Source: an uncultured Lachnospiraceae bacterium (GTDB lineage Bacteria; Bacillota; Clostridia; Lachnospirales; Lachnospiraceae). From it: DNA of 64,000 bases. Made by a program: the position numbers and the translations under genes. Below are positions 9,397 to 19,639 of the stretch, one piece after another. Each line of letters opens with the position of its first letter. The stretch's first letter is position 1. Where the stretch lies: positions 7,399 to 71,398 of the forward strand of contig CADATP010000002.1 in NCBI GenBank assembly GCA_902790935.1. The letters are read 5' to 3'. Under the pieces are notes generated by a model. The model was not told the DNA's origin. It ran no database searches and saw nothing but the letters and a program-made list of their open reading frames with translations.

Positions 9397-10176
9397 CTAC
9401 ATCGGGCGCTCGTAGAAGAAAGAATTCTTTCTCTCGTAGCCGATCTCTTTGTAGTTAAGGATCTGCTCGGTACTTCCGATAAAGAGGTATCCGCCGGGCT
9501 TAAGACTCTGGAAGTATTTTTTAAACACTTCATCTTTCGCTTCATCTGTAAAGTAGATAAGGACGTTTCTGCAAACAATGAAGTTATAATCAGTAGGATA
9601 CTTATCCTTTAAGAGGTTGTGCTCATGGAACTCAACTCTCGCTTTAATCTCTTCAGAGATCTTGTAAGAAGGTCCAACCTGAGTAAAGTATTTCTTTTTA
9701 AACTCTTCCGGTACTCCGGCAATACTCTTTGCGTCATAGAGACCGACTTTAGCCTTGGCGATAACAGTCTTATCAAGGTCTGTTGCGTAAATCTTTATCT
9801 GATTAAGCGGAACATGTTTGGAAAGAGCCATAACAAGTGAATAAGGCTCATCTCCGGTTGAGCATGCAGCGCTCCAGATTTTTAAATTCTTTCCGAACTT
9901 ACTGATAAGGTCAGGGAAGACCTCCTTATCCATAAATTCCCACTGATCCGGATTTCTGTAGAACTCAGATACGTTGATGGTTATATAGTTGATAAATTCA
10001 TCAAAGATATCTTTGTTGCTCTTAAGGGCATCAACATACTTGTCATATCCGACAATCTTATTCTTTCCGATAAGCGTATCGATGCGCCTTTTCATCTGAC
10101 GCTCTTTGTAAGCATTAAGGTCGATCTGTGTAAGCTTTAGAATTTCTTTTTTGAAATATTCGTAATCGTACTCCAT
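9397..10176 (-). CDS. cheR: Chemotaxis methyltransferase CheR
   Basis: TINVSEFYRN, IWSAACSTGDEPYS, CRNVLIYF and GGYLFIGSTE motifs. Start MEYDY after GGAGG. Confidence 0.95.
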   Translation of the reverse strand: MEYDYEYFKKEILKLTQIDLNAYKERQMKRRIDTLIGKNKIVGYDKYVDALKSNKDIFDEFINYITINVSEFYRNPDQWEFMDKEVFPDLISKFGKNLKIWSAACSTGDEPYSLVMALSKHVPLNQIKIYATDLDKTVIAKAKVGLYDAKSIAGVPEEFKKKYFTQVGPSYKISEEIKARVEFHEHNLLKDKYPTDYNFIVCRNVLIYFTDEAKDEVFKKYFQSLKPGGYLFIGSTEQILNYKEIGYERKNSFFYERPM

Positions 10177-10258
10177 AGAACATACCTCCATATTTATCTA
10201 TACATACTACTATACACCAAATATCGGAATTTATAAATCAAAATCTCTCCATTAAAGC

Positions 10259-10291
10259 AAAAAAACGACTGCCGAGGTTACTCAGCAGTCG
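10259..10291 (-). terminator. Intrinsic terminator after rpsA
   Basis: Minus strand CGACTGC-TGAG-TAAC-CTCG-GCAGTCG followed by a T-run. Confidence 0.85.
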
Positions 10292-10304
10292 CAAATATTT
10301 TGAT

Positions 10305-11438
10305 TTATTCTTCGCTCTCGGATGCGATTACAGCGTCGATATCAACAGACGCAACATCTTCGTCATCATCCTTCTTGGGTTCGGGAGCAGTTAAAGCCTT
10401 GATGCTAAGAGAAATCTTGTGCTCAGCCTCGTTGAAGTCAACGATCTTCGCGGTAACTTCCTGACCGGTAGTAAGTACATCACTGGGCTTCTCGATATGA
10501 TCCTTAGAGATCTGAGATACATGAAGAAGCGCATCTACTCCGTTGTCAAGCTCTACGAAAGCACCGAACTCGGTCATTCTTGCTACTTTACCGGTAACAA
10601 CATTTCCGATTGCATACTTTTCAGCAGCATCCTTCCAAGGATTCTGGTCGTCAAACTTAAGTGAAAGAGCAACTTTGTTTCCATTGATCTCCTTAACGAG
10701 AACCTTAATGGTATCGCCAACCTTGAAGACCTTCTTGGGATGCTCAACTCTTCCCCAGCTCATCTCTGAAATGTGAAGGAGTCCGTCTACTCCGCCGAGA
10801 TCGATGAAAGCACCGAAATCGGTAACATTCTTAACTACACCTTCTACGGTGTCGCCCTCGTGGATCTTCTCAAAGAGCTCTTTCTGAAGCTCTGCCTTCT
10901 TGGCAACGAGAAGCTGCTTGCGATCGCCGATGCAGCGACGCTTTCTGGGGCTGAACTCGATAACTACGAATTCGATCTCCTGATCCTTATACTTTGAAAG
11001 ATCTCTCTCATAAGTATCGGATACAAGACTTGCAGGAATAAAGATTCTTGTCTCATCAACGATAACGGTAAGTCCGCCATCCTGAACCTGGCTAACAACA
11101 GCCTTAAGTACTTCATGGTTGTTGAAGGCCTCTTCGATTCTCTTGCTGCCCTTCTCCTGCTGGAGACGCTTGTAGGTTACAAGAACCTGTCCATCGCCGT
11201 CATTAACCTTAAGGATCTTAACCTCAAGAGTGTCGCCGATTTTTACCGCAGTAGTAAGGTCAACGCTGTTGTCATTCGTGTACTCATACTTAGTAAGAAT
11301 ACCGTCAGCCTTGTATCCGATGTTCAGAATGATCTCGTCAGGCTTAACATCGATTACAGTACCTTCTACTACCTCTCCTGTATGAATTGTTTTGAATGAA
11401 TCTTCCAGCATTTGTTCAAAAGTAAGTTCCTCTGACAT
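10305..11438 (-). CDS. rpsA: 30S ribosomal protein S1 (four S1 domains)
   Basis: DFGAFIDLGGVDGLLHISEMSW and FGAFVELDNGVDALLHVSQIS repeats; cmk-ispH-rpsA context. Confidence 0.95.
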   Translation of the reverse strand: MSEELTFEQMLEDSFKTIHTGEVVEGTVIDVKPDEIILNIGYKADGILTKYEYTNDNSVDLTTAVKIGDTLEVKILKVNDGDGQVLVTYKRLQQEKGSKRIEEAFNNHEVLKAVVSQVQDGGLTVIVDETRIFIPASLVSDTYERDLSKYKDQEIEFVVIEFSPRKRRCIGDRKQLLVAKKAELQKELFEKIHEGDTVEGVVKNVTDFGAFIDLGGVDGLLHISEMSWGRVEHPKKVFKVGDTIKVLVKEINGNKVALSLKFDDQNPWKDAAEKYAIGNVVTGKVARMTEFGAFVELDNGVDALLHVSQISKDHIEKPSDVLTTGQEVTAKIVDFNEAEHKISLSIKALTAPEPKKDDDEDVASVDIDAVIASESEE

Positions 11439-12276
11439 TATTTTGAACCTCCTCGATTAATTTTTGTGGGGTGGAAGCCCCTGCGGTAATACCCACCAGA
11501 TTTGCCGATCTGATTTTATCAAGATATGGGTCGTCGGGTGTCTGAACGTAAAAGGTGTTCTCACAGCAGTTTTTACAGATTTCGTAGAGCTTTCTGGTAT
11601 TGGAACTGCCTGCGCTTCCTATTACGATCATAGCGTCAGCCTCATTAGCCAAAACCTCGGCGGCGCGTTGTCTTTCTTCAGTCGCATTGCAAATTGTATT
11701 CACAACATGAACATTGTACTCTTTTTTTTCAAGAATTTCAACGATTTCTTTAAATTTCTTGCTCTGAAATGTTGTTTGAGAAACCAATGTATACTTTTTT
11801 TCGGGATCCCCGACAAAATTTTCAGCGTCAGATACGTCTTTTAAGACAATGCATTCTCCCGAAAACTGTCCTTTTATGCCGATAACTTCGGGGTGAAGCG
11901 GGTCTCCGACGATTAGTATGGAGTCACCGACGGCACTTTTTTCCGAAACGGTTTTGTGTATTTTTTTTACAAAAGGGCAGGTTGCATCCACAACTTCAAA
12001 TCCCTTTTCTTCAAGAAGTCTGTAGGTTTCCTGCGGAACGCCGTGAGCTCTTATGATAACAATGGCGTCCGGCTCGGGAGTCATCTTACTCAAAGCCTCC
12101 GGGTCTTCAATCACTTTAACGCCCTTTTCTTCGAGCTGCCTTACGACTTCTTCGTTATGGACTATGGGGCCGTAGGTATATATCGGCCTCCCGGTATTTA
12201 TTTTCTCGTAAACTGTCCCTACTGCGCGCTTTACGCCGAAGCAAAAGCCCGCTTCCTTGGCAAGGCGTATTTCCAT
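11416..12276 (-). CDS. ispH: 4-hydroxy-3-methylbut-2-enyl diphosphate reductase
   Basis: AGFCFGV, IVHN, RAHG, DATCPFV, HPEV, TICNAT, SSNT and GITAGASTP motifs. Confidence 0.96.
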   Translation of the reverse strand: MEIRLAKEAGFCFGVKRAVGTVYEKINTGRPIYTYGPIVHNEEVVRQLEEKGVKVIEDPEALSKMTPEPDAIVIIRAHGVPQETYRLLEEKGFEVVDATCPFVKKIHKTVSEKSAVGDSILIVGDPLHPEVIGIKGQFSGECIVLKDVSDAENFVGDPEKKYTLVSQTTFQSKKFKEIVEILEKKEYNVHVVNTICNATEERQRAAEVLANEADAMIVIGSAGSSNTRKLYEICKNCCENTFYVQTPDDPYLDKIRSANLVGITAGASTPQKLIEEVQNNVRGTYF

Positions 12277-12287
12277 ATAAACTCCAC

Positions 12288-12944
12288 TTATACTATCAGA
12301 TCACAGATAGCTTCTACAACTTCGTCTATAGTCATATCCGAAGTGTCGATAAGGTGTGCATCATCAGCTTTTACAAGAGGCGAGATCTCGCGGTGCATAT
12401 CCTGATAATCTCTCTGCTCTATATCCGCTTTTATCTTATCGAAATCGGGTGTCTCGCCCTTGGCTGTAAGCTCGTCAAAGCGCCTCTTTGCCCTTACTTC
12501 GCTCGACGCGGTAAGAAAGATCTTGGGATTTGCATTAGGAAGGACAACGCTTCCGATATCTCTTCCGTCCATAATACAGTCGTTTTCCCGGGCAAGTTTT
12601 TGCTGAAGGTCAAAGATCCTTGCTCTTACAGCGGGGTTTGCACTCGTCTTCGAAGCTGTATTTCCTACTTCCTCCGTGCGAAGATAGGCATTTACGTTTT
12701 CTCCGTTTAAGTAAACTATCTGTGCTCCATCCTCGTATCCTATGGTTACATTTGCTCCCAGGCAGTCCTTCGATACCGCATCAGGATCATTTATATCCGT
12801 GCCTTTTCTGAGGATATAAAGCGCTATCGCTCTGTACATTGCTCCCGTATCTACGTAAATAATGTTTTTCTTTTTCGCAACAAGCTTTGCGATGGTGCTT
12901 TTTCCTGCTCCGGCAGGTCCGTCTACTGCTATATTAAGTGACAT
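12288..12944 (-). CDS. cmk: Cytidylate kinase
   Basis: DGPAGAGKST, DTGAMYRA and DGRDIG motifs. Confidence 0.97.
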   Translation of the reverse strand: MSLNIAVDGPAGAGKSTIAKLVAKKKNIIYVDTGAMYRAIALYILRKGTDINDPDAVSKDCLGANVTIGYEDGAQIVYLNGENVNAYLRTEEVGNTASKTSANPAVRARIFDLQQKLARENDCIMDGRDIGSVVLPNANPKIFLTASSEVRAKRRFDELTAKGETPDFDKIKADIEQRDYQDMHREISPLVKADDAHLIDTSDMTIDEVVEAICDLIV

Positions 12945-12962
12945 CTTTTTGCTCCGTTCTTT

Positions 12963-14216
12963 TTATTCTACGGCATCTCCCGCCGCGTGTCCCGTCGACC
13001 AGGCTATCTGAAGATTAAAGCCTCCCGTTAATGCGTCAAGGTCCAAAACCTCTCCCGCAAAATACAGATTTTTTATATGCTTTGACTCCATGGTCGAAGG
13101 ATCTATGTCTTTAACACTGATACCACCTTTGGTTATAATCGCCTCTTCAAATCCTCTTGTCCCCGTAATATCAAGTGTAAGATTCTTCAGGGTATAGAGA
13201 AGCTTCTTTCTCTCTTCTTTTGTGATATCATGAACTTTCTTCTCTTTATCTATTCCGCATTCATCCGCTATAACCGGGATGAGAGATGCGGGAACGAGAC
13301 CTCCGAGGGCCGTTTTAAAGGACTTGTTTAACTGCTCATCGAAATCCCTTAAAATACGTTTATCCAGAGTCTCTTCCGATAAAGCCGGTTTTAAGTCTAT
13401 TATAGCCTTTGCATCTTTATGCTTTTCCGGGTCGTAATAGGCGCTTGCGGATAAAACAAGGGGGCCACTTATCCCGAAATGTGTAAAGAGCATTTCTCCG
13501 AATCCGTCATACACGGTCTTTTTACCGCTTACAAGCTTCATAGAGACATTCTTAAGAGAAAGTCCCATACAATCCTTAACCCATTTTTGTCTTGTCTCGA
13601 AAGGTACAAGAGAAGGTCTCGGTTTAATAAGGCTGTGCCCTGTGTCATTCGCAAATCTGTATCCGTCTCCGGTAGAGCCCGTAAGAGGATAGCTTACTCC
13701 GCCGGTACAGACTATTACGGAATCCGCCTTAAGGAGCTGTATTTTTCCGGCGGTACCGTTAGGATTTTGCTTTATGGCTTTTACTCCGATCAGTTTATCA
13801 CCTTCGGTTACAATCTCCCTAACCGTTGTATGTAATCTTACTTCAACGTTTTTTTCGGAAAGTATTCTTTCAAAGGCCTTTATGATGTCGGAGGAATGGT
13901 CTGAAACCGGAAAAACCCTCTCGCCTCTTTCGGTCTTTAAAGGGCATCCGGCTTTTTCTATCATATCCATCAGCGCCTGATTGTCAAAGGAATAAAAGGC
14001 ACTGTATAAAAACTTTTTATTTGTAACAACATTTGAAAGCAAAGTCTCCACATCGGCGCCATTGGTTACATTGCACCTTCCTTTGCCTGTGATGAAAAGC
14101 TTTTTTCCAAGCTTTTCATTTTTTTCCAAAAGAACAACACTGTGTCCTTTTTCAGCCGCGGCTATGGCTGCCATCATTCCCGCAGGGCCGCCGCCAATTA
14201 CGCAAACATTACTCAT
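12963..14216 (-). CDS. HI0933/BaiN-family flavoprotein
   Basis: IGGGPAGMMAA, GKKLFITGKGRCNVTN, LFTHFGISGP and GGFNLQIAWSTG motifs. Confidence 0.92.
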   Translation of the reverse strand: MSNVCVIGGGPAGMMAAIAAAEKGHSVVLLEKNEKLGKKLFITGKGRCNVTNGADVETLLSNVVTNKKFLYSAFYSFDNQALMDMIEKAGCPLKTERGERVFPVSDHSSDIIKAFERILSEKNVEVRLHTTVREIVTEGDKLIGVKAIKQNPNGTAGKIQLLKADSVIVCTGGVSYPLTGSTGDGYRFANDTGHSLIKPRPSLVPFETRQKWVKDCMGLSLKNVSMKLVSGKKTVYDGFGEMLFTHFGISGPLVLSASAYYDPEKHKDAKAIIDLKPALSEETLDKRILRDFDEQLNKSFKTALGGLVPASLIPVIADECGIDKEKKVHDITKEERKKLLYTLKNLTLDITGTRGFEEAIITKGGISVKDIDPSTMESKHIKNLYFAGEVLDLDALTGGFNLQIAWSTGHAAGDAVE

Positions 14217-15144
14217 TCTTTTTTTCTTCCTTTTTTCTCAATGAATAATTGAGAATAGGCTCGGAATTGATGAAATTGATCTCATCATTAAGGTATACCT
14301 GGTAGTTGCCCCAGACATCTTCAAGGGTCTTAAGGTCTTTATTGACCTCCTCGGGCCTTTTAAGACACATTGCCACAACAAGAGCGTTGATGATGCTAAG
14401 AGGCGCAACAAGGGAGTCAACGATTGAAACCATATCGCTTCTTGCAAAGAGGTTACAGGAAGAGTACAGGTTCATGGGCGAATAGGCCGAGTCTGTAATG
14501 GAGATGATCTTCGCTCTCCTGTCGCTGGCAAACTCCATGGCCTTTAAGGTTCTCATAGAATATCTCGGAAAGCTTATTCCAACAAAGCAGTCTTTTTCGC
14601 TTATCCTGAGCATCTGTTCAAAGGTTTCCGTTGTTGATGTTGTATTTAAAAGTACTACATGATCCCGGATCATATTGAGGTAAAAGTGTAAAAATGCCGC
14701 AAGGGGCTCGTTGCTTCTAAGACCCATAATATAAACGGTATCGGCGCTAAGGAGCGTATCTACCGCGGCATCAAAGGCATCTGCGTTAAGATTGTTTATG
14801 GTGTCCTGGATCTTTTCCATATCGGAAGTAAGGACGGACTTAACGATCTCGGACTGGGTACTGTTTCCGTACCTTTCGTCAAGCTTTTGCATCTTAGAGA
14901 TCTTTCCCTTGATACACTCCCCCAAGGCCTTTTGGTACTCGGGATATCCGTCAAAGCCCAGAGCCATGGCAAAACGCACAACAGTAGATTCGCTGACGCC
15001 TATAGCCTCGCCGACCTTTGCCGCCGTGAGAAATACAGCTTCGTCATACATATCAAGCACATATGCAGCTATCTTTTTATGGCTTTTACTCATTGTAGGC
15101 ATGCTTTCTCTGATAACGGAAAGCACATCTTTACCTGAATTCAT
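14209..15144 (-). CDS. RpiR/MurR-family transcriptional regulator
   Basis: HTH VSESTVVRFAMALGFDGY and SIS domain ISFPRYS...ITDS. Confidence 0.92.
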   Translation of the reverse strand: MNSGKDVLSVIRESMPTMSKSHKKIAAYVLDMYDEAVFLTAAKVGEAIGVSESTVVRFAMALGFDGYPEYQKALGECIKGKISKMQKLDERYGNSTQSEIVKSVLTSDMEKIQDTINNLNADAFDAAVDTLLSADTVYIMGLRSNEPLAAFLHFYLNMIRDHVVLLNTTSTTETFEQMLRISEKDCFVGISFPRYSMRTLKAMEFASDRRAKIISITDSAYSPMNLYSSCNLFARSDMVSIVDSLVAPLSIINALVVAMCLKRPEEVNKDLKTLEDVWGNYQVYLNDEINFINSEPILNYSLRKKEEKKNE

Positions 15145-15162
15145 CCGGTTTTCTCTCTTTCA

Positions 15163-15714
15163 TTATTCTCTTGAAAATGATTCGTAGGATTTCTCCAATA
15201 AAGATGTGGTCTCCTCATCGGTGAGGTCGAAATCTCCCGATAAAGTCATGCAGGCCGCACCGTGAATAAAAATCCACATTTTCATAAACATGTGTCCGGG
15301 GTTGGAGCATCCCATTGTTCTTGCCAGGTTAATCTCCTTAACAACATTTCCGTCCTCGCCGTTTAAGAGCTCGTACATACTCTTGCCGCCGGAGAATCCG
15401 CCGAGGAAAAGAAGCTTAAAGTAGTTCTTTTCTTCTCTTGCAAAGGTAATGTAGGCAAGTCCTAAATTGGTAAAGGGAACATTGCTCTTTTTCTCGAAAG
15501 CCTTATAGTAATCGAGGAAGTATGTGATACTCTTTTCGTAAACCGCTCTCTGGAGTTCCTCCATATTCTTGTAGACTCTGAATATAGGCTGTGTGGAGCA
15601 TCCGGCAGCCGCAGCCACCTTTCTTGCGGTAACATTTTCTATGCCGTCGGTCTTTACCATTCCGAAAGCTGTATCAAGTATCATGTCGATTGTTATAGAT
15701 TCTTTACGTGCCAT
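15163..15714 (-). CDS. TetR/AcrR-family regulator (WHG-like C-terminus)
   Basis: TARKVAAAAGCSTQPIFRVY HTH; WIFIHG. Confidence 0.9.
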   Translation of the reverse strand: MARKESITIDMILDTAFGMVKTDGIENVTARKVAAAAGCSTQPIFRVYKNMEELQRAVYEKSITYFLDYYKAFEKKSNVPFTNLGLAYITFAREEKNYFKLLFLGGFSGGKSMYELLNGEDGNVVKEINLARTMGCSNPGHMFMKMWIFIHGAACMTLSGDFDLTDEETTSLLEKSYESFSRE

Positions 15715-15738
15715 TTAATAAATCCTCTCTTACTGCTG

Positions 15739-17949
15739 TTAACCAAAATATTTACGAAGTATATCATCAAGTCCCTTTATATCAATGGGCTTGGAAAGGT
15801 AATCGTCAAATCCCGCCTGGAGATATGTCTCTTTTGCGCCGATTATGGCGTTGGCCGTAAGGGCGATAACCTTTGTATAATTGTCAAGCAATTTGTTTTC
15901 TCTCATAAGAGCCAAAGTTTCAAGTCCGTCCATCTTTGGCATCATATGATCGAGGAAGATCATATCGTAGCGTTTTGCCTTGACCTTTTCGATGGCTTCA
16001 GGCCCCGAGAAGGCTATATCCGCCGATACTCCGGCAAGCTTTAAGAATCTCGACGCTACTTTGAGGTTCATACTGTTATCATCAACAACAAGAATCTCTT
16101 TTCCCGAAATATCGATCATTTCGTGATGATCAATCTTCTTTTTCTCGCTGCTTCTGATGTCGAAATCACCAATGGGTCTTGCGTCGGTAATCTGCTGTTT
16201 GATAACAAACGAGAACTTCGATCCCTCGCCGTATTTACTCTCTACATCAAGTCTGCTGTCCATCATCTGCAAAAGACCCGTTACGATACTCATTCCGAGT
16301 CCCGTGCCTTCGATGTTTCTGTTCCGCTTTTCTTCAACCCTTCCGAAGGATTCGAAAAGCTTATCCATATCTTCTTCTTTTATTCCGATGCCGGTATCTA
16401 TTACCTCAACCCGGATAAAGATGTCATTGACAGTCCTTGAATGTTCCTTGATCACAAGGGTAACGCTTCCCCGCTCCGTATACTTTACGGCATTTGTAAG
16501 GAGGTTAACTATTACCTGCGCAAAGCGCACATCGTCTCCGTACATTTCCCTCGGCAGGTTGGGATCGATTTCCCTTACAACAATAATGCTCTTGGCCGCC
16601 GCCCTCGGCATAATGGAGTTAAGGCAGTTTGTGATCATATCCGTTGTTTTGTACTTTACCGGAACGATCTCCATTTTACCGCTCTCTATCTTAGAGAAAT
16701 CGAGGATACTGTTGATCAGAAGCAGCAAGGTTTTTCCGGCGCCCTGAATGCTTTCCGAGTATTCGATGATATCATCATCCTTCGCCTCTCGCAGGATCAT
16801 CTCATTCATACCAAGCACAGCATTTATAGGGGTTCGGATTTCATGAGACATCTGAGCGAGGAAACTGCTCTTTGCTTTTTCTGCGGCGATAGCCCTCTCC
16901 GCCGCCTCTTTCATCTTCAAGCTGTACTGGCGATCCTTGGTAACATCCACAAGAAGCAGATAGTATCCGCAGACTCTCTTGCCATCGTACATGTTTTGAG
17001 GAGTGACTTCGTAGAACTTATCCTCAGTCTCTAAAATAAAAGGCTCCGAGATTATCTCGTTATGAGAAAAGATATTCAGGCAGCTAAGTATGGTCTCATA
17101 TTCAAACTGGTTTCTGTCAAGGGGCGTATCCGCTTTGGCGCTTGCAAGAGGCGGGATAGCCTTTTTAGCTGTCTTGTTGGCGACAAGAAATCTTTTGTTT
17201 CTGTCGAAACAGATGATTCCGTCATTGCCCTCCTCAAGAAGAGTTTCCGCAATACCCGATGAAATATCGTAAAGCTTGATTCTTCTGAAAAGTACAAGGA
17301 ATACGACCTCGGCAAGTACATAAAAAGCGGGCATAGCCTCCACATCGATACCGATACTCTTGCTTATCGCTCTGCTTCCGAAAAATACGGTTACGCTTAT
17401 TACATCGAGTACGATCAGAACGTAAAGGTTTCTTACGGACGTATCCGGCCTAAAGAGCATTGCGTAGATAAGTACGCCAACGCCAAACGCCATTATCATT
17501 ATCATATAAACGTAAAAGACCGTATGAAGAGGTCCGTATTCTTTTACAAGGGTTCCTACTCCGTTTTCTATCTTGAAATCTACGGATTTGTAGAACAGCC
17601 CGTTTCTACCCATCATAAGAACACAGCCGTACATAAGAAAAGCTATGAATACGATTCCGGTTCTTATAAAGCTGGATAGTTTTATATTACAAAGAGAAAT
17701 AATACCGAAAAGAAGAAACAGATGCAGGAAGCATCCGCCTATATAAGTAAGCTTGTTGGCAAGGAGGGCCTCACCGAGACTCTGAGAATGCGCAAGCCAT
17801 GAATATCCAAGATTAACAACAGGTACAAGGGCAAAAGTGAACATATACTCAAATGACGCATTTTTACGCCATCTCAGTATAAATATAAGCATCATCAATC
17901 CCGCTATACCCACAAATATGTCATAATAAAATTGGATCATATCTTTCAC
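15739..17949 (-). CDS. Hybrid sensor histidine kinase/response regulator with N-terminal multi-TM (7TM-type) input
   Basis: About 7 hydrophobic segments, a PAS-like region, H-box MSHEIRTP, NLLTNAVKYT, DTGIG, GTGLG and receiver VVDD...DHMMP...SKP. GTG start. Confidence 0.92.
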   Translation of the reverse strand: MKDMIQFYYDIFVGIAGLMMLIFILRWRKNASFEYMFTFALVPVVNLGYSWLAHSQSLGEALLANKLTYIGGCFLHLFLLFGIISLCNIKLSSFIRTGIVFIAFLMYGCVLMMGRNGLFYKSVDFKIENGVGTLVKEYGPLHTVFYVYMIMIMAFGVGVLIYAMLFRPDTSVRNLYVLIVLDVISVTVFFGSRAISKSIGIDVEAMPAFYVLAEVVFLVLFRRIKLYDISSGIAETLLEEGNDGIICFDRNKRFLVANKTAKKAIPPLASAKADTPLDRNQFEYETILSCLNIFSHNEIISEPFILETEDKFYEVTPQNMYDGKRVCGYYLLLVDVTKDRQYSLKMKEAAERAIAAEKAKSSFLAQMSHEIRTPINAVLGMNEMILREAKDDDIIEYSESIQGAGKTLLLLINSILDFSKIESGKMEIVPVKYKTTDMITNCLNSIMPRAAAKSIIVVREIDPNLPREMYGDDVRFAQVIVNLLTNAVKYTERGSVTLVIKEHSRTVNDIFIRVEVIDTGIGIKEEDMDKLFESFGRVEEKRNRNIEGTGLGMSIVTGLLQMMDSRLDVESKYGEGSKFSFVIKQQITDARPIGDFDIRSSEKKKIDHHEMIDISGKEILVVDDNSMNLKVASRFLKLAGVSADIAFSGPEAIEKVKAKRYDMIFLDHMMPKMDGLETLALMRENKLLDNYTKVIALTANAIIGAKETYLQAGFDDYLSKPIDIKGLDDILRKYFG

Positions 17950-18045
17950 CGTTAAGTACTAACCGTGTTTTCAGTATCAATCGCAATGTTACATAGATAG
18001 TCTATATATTATAACATGTGTAACCTAATTATTCCATAAAAATCT

Positions 18046-18083
18046 AAAAAAATACCCTTCGGCTTTTAAATTCCGAAGGGTAT
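18046..18083 (-). terminator. Intrinsic terminator of the decarboxylase operon
   Basis: 11-bp stem ATACCCTTCGG/CCGAAGGGTAT with T-run on the minus strand. Confidence 0.88.
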
Positions 18084-18112
18084 CTGTTTGTTGTTTTATT
18101 AAGCCTCTGCTA

Positions 18113-19540
18113 TTAAACAGGGTATGCCTTGTTTGCGGTATCAGCCTGGGTCATATCAACCTTTTCCTGCTGTGCCTGACGATACTTGAAGAAGTCGGTA
18201 GCAACCTGAGGGAAGAGAGCGTAGGAAAGAACGTCCTCGTCCTGCTGCTTCCATTCCTTCATCTCGCTCTCGAGCTTATCCATCTCGTTCTCAAGATTAT
18301 CTGCGAAACGTCCGGTAAGTCTCTTCTCTCCGGGAATAACCTTATCGATTACTTCCTGGTTCATAGGCTTAACGGTCTGGCCGTATTCGCCGCGAAGAAC
18401 TGCCTTTGTCTCCTTAGTAGCCATCTTGTATCTCTCGCCCATAAGTACGTTAAATACAGCCTGGGTTCCGACAATCTGTGAAGAAGGTGTAACAAGAGGG
18501 GGCTCACCGAGGTCTTTACGTACGCGGGGAATCTCCTCAAGTACTTCACGGTACTTGTCTTCTGCGTTCTGCTCTTTAAGCTGGCTAACCATGTTGGAAA
18601 GCATTCCGCCGGGTACCTGGTAAAGAAGGGTCTTGATGTTAACACCGAGAACCTTGGGTGAAAGGAGTCCGCTCTTTAAGCACTCATCTCTGTAGGGAGC
18701 GAAGTAATCAGCAATCTCAGCAAGGAGGTCCTGATCGTATCCGGTATCGTAAGGAGTTCCTCTGAAGGTCTCAACCATAACTTCGGTAGCGGGCTGTGAG
18801 GTACCCATAGCAAGAGGGCTCATTGCGCAGTCGATAACGTCTACGCCTGCCTCTACTGCCTTAAGGTAAGTCATTGAAGCTACACCTGAGGTGTAGTGGG
18901 TGTGGAGCTGGATAGGAAGCTTGGTGTTCTCTTTCATAGCCTTGATAAGCTCGGTAGCCTTGTAAGGAACAAGAAGTCCTGCCATATCCTTGATGCAGAT
19001 TGAATCTGCACCCATCTCCTCGATCTGTTTAGCCATATTAGCCCAGTACTCGAGGGTATATGCATCTCCGAGAGTGTAGGATAGAGCAACCTGTGCATGT
19101 CCTCTTCCCTCCTGCTTCTTGATGCGGTTAGTTGCGTTAACTGCTTCCTGAAGGTTAGGCATGTAGTTAAGGCAATCGAAGATTCTGATGATGTCGATTC
19201 CGTTAGCGATTGACTTCTCAACGAAGGCATCAACTACGTCATCTGCGTAAGGACGATATCCTAAGATATTCTGTCCTCTGAAGAGCATCTGAAGCTTTGT
19301 GTTCTTGAACTTGTCACGAAGCTTACGAAGTCTGTCCCAAGGATCTTCCTTGAGGAATCTGAGGGATGCATCGAATGTAGCACCTCCCCAGCACTCTACT
19401 GAGTGGTATCCGACCTTATCCATCTTCTCTGCAATAGGAAGCATGAATTCGGTAGGCATTCTTGTAGCGATAAGAGACTGGTGTGCATCACGGAGCACGG
19501 TCTCGGTTATCTTGATGGGTTTCTTTTCTATTTCTGCCAT
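18113..19540 (-). CDS. oadA: Oxaloacetate decarboxylase alpha / pyruvate carboxyltransferase subunit, no fused biotin domain
   Basis: LRDAHQSLIATR, ECWGGATFD, IKDMAG, HTH metal motif, YQVPGGM and PLVTPSSQIVGTQA. Confidence 0.9.
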   Translation of the reverse strand: MAEIEKKPIKITETVLRDAHQSLIATRMPTEFMLPIAEKMDKVGYHSVECWGGATFDASLRFLKEDPWDRLRKLRDKFKNTKLQMLFRGQNILGYRPYADDVVDAFVEKSIANGIDIIRIFDCLNYMPNLQEAVNATNRIKKQEGRGHAQVALSYTLGDAYTLEYWANMAKQIEEMGADSICIKDMAGLLVPYKATELIKAMKENTKLPIQLHTHYTSGVASMTYLKAVEAGVDVIDCAMSPLAMGTSQPATEVMVETFRGTPYDTGYDQDLLAEIADYFAPYRDECLKSGLLSPKVLGVNIKTLLYQVPGGMLSNMVSQLKEQNAEDKYREVLEEIPRVRKDLGEPPLVTPSSQIVGTQAVFNVLMGERYKMATKETKAVLRGEYGQTVKPMNQEVIDKVIPGEKRLTGRFADNLENEMDKLESEMKEWKQQDEDVLSYALFPQVATDFFKYRQAQQEKVDMTQADTANKAYPV

Positions 19541-19639
19541 GTTTATTCCTTTCCTGATCTATATAAAAATAAACTGTAATTTGATTTTACCTAGTCACGG
19601 TTCAGCCAGTATGAATTGCGTTTGACCCTGTAATCAACA

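Noticed and set aside
10224-10250. Sigma-28 promoter upstream of cheR
   Set aside because: The -10-like TCCGATAT is present, but the -35 position reads GAGA rather than TAAA; too weak to call.
11722-11970. T7-T8 runs in ispH as phase-variable tracts
   Set aside because: They correspond to in-frame Lys-Lys codons in a housekeeping gene and are of ordinary length.
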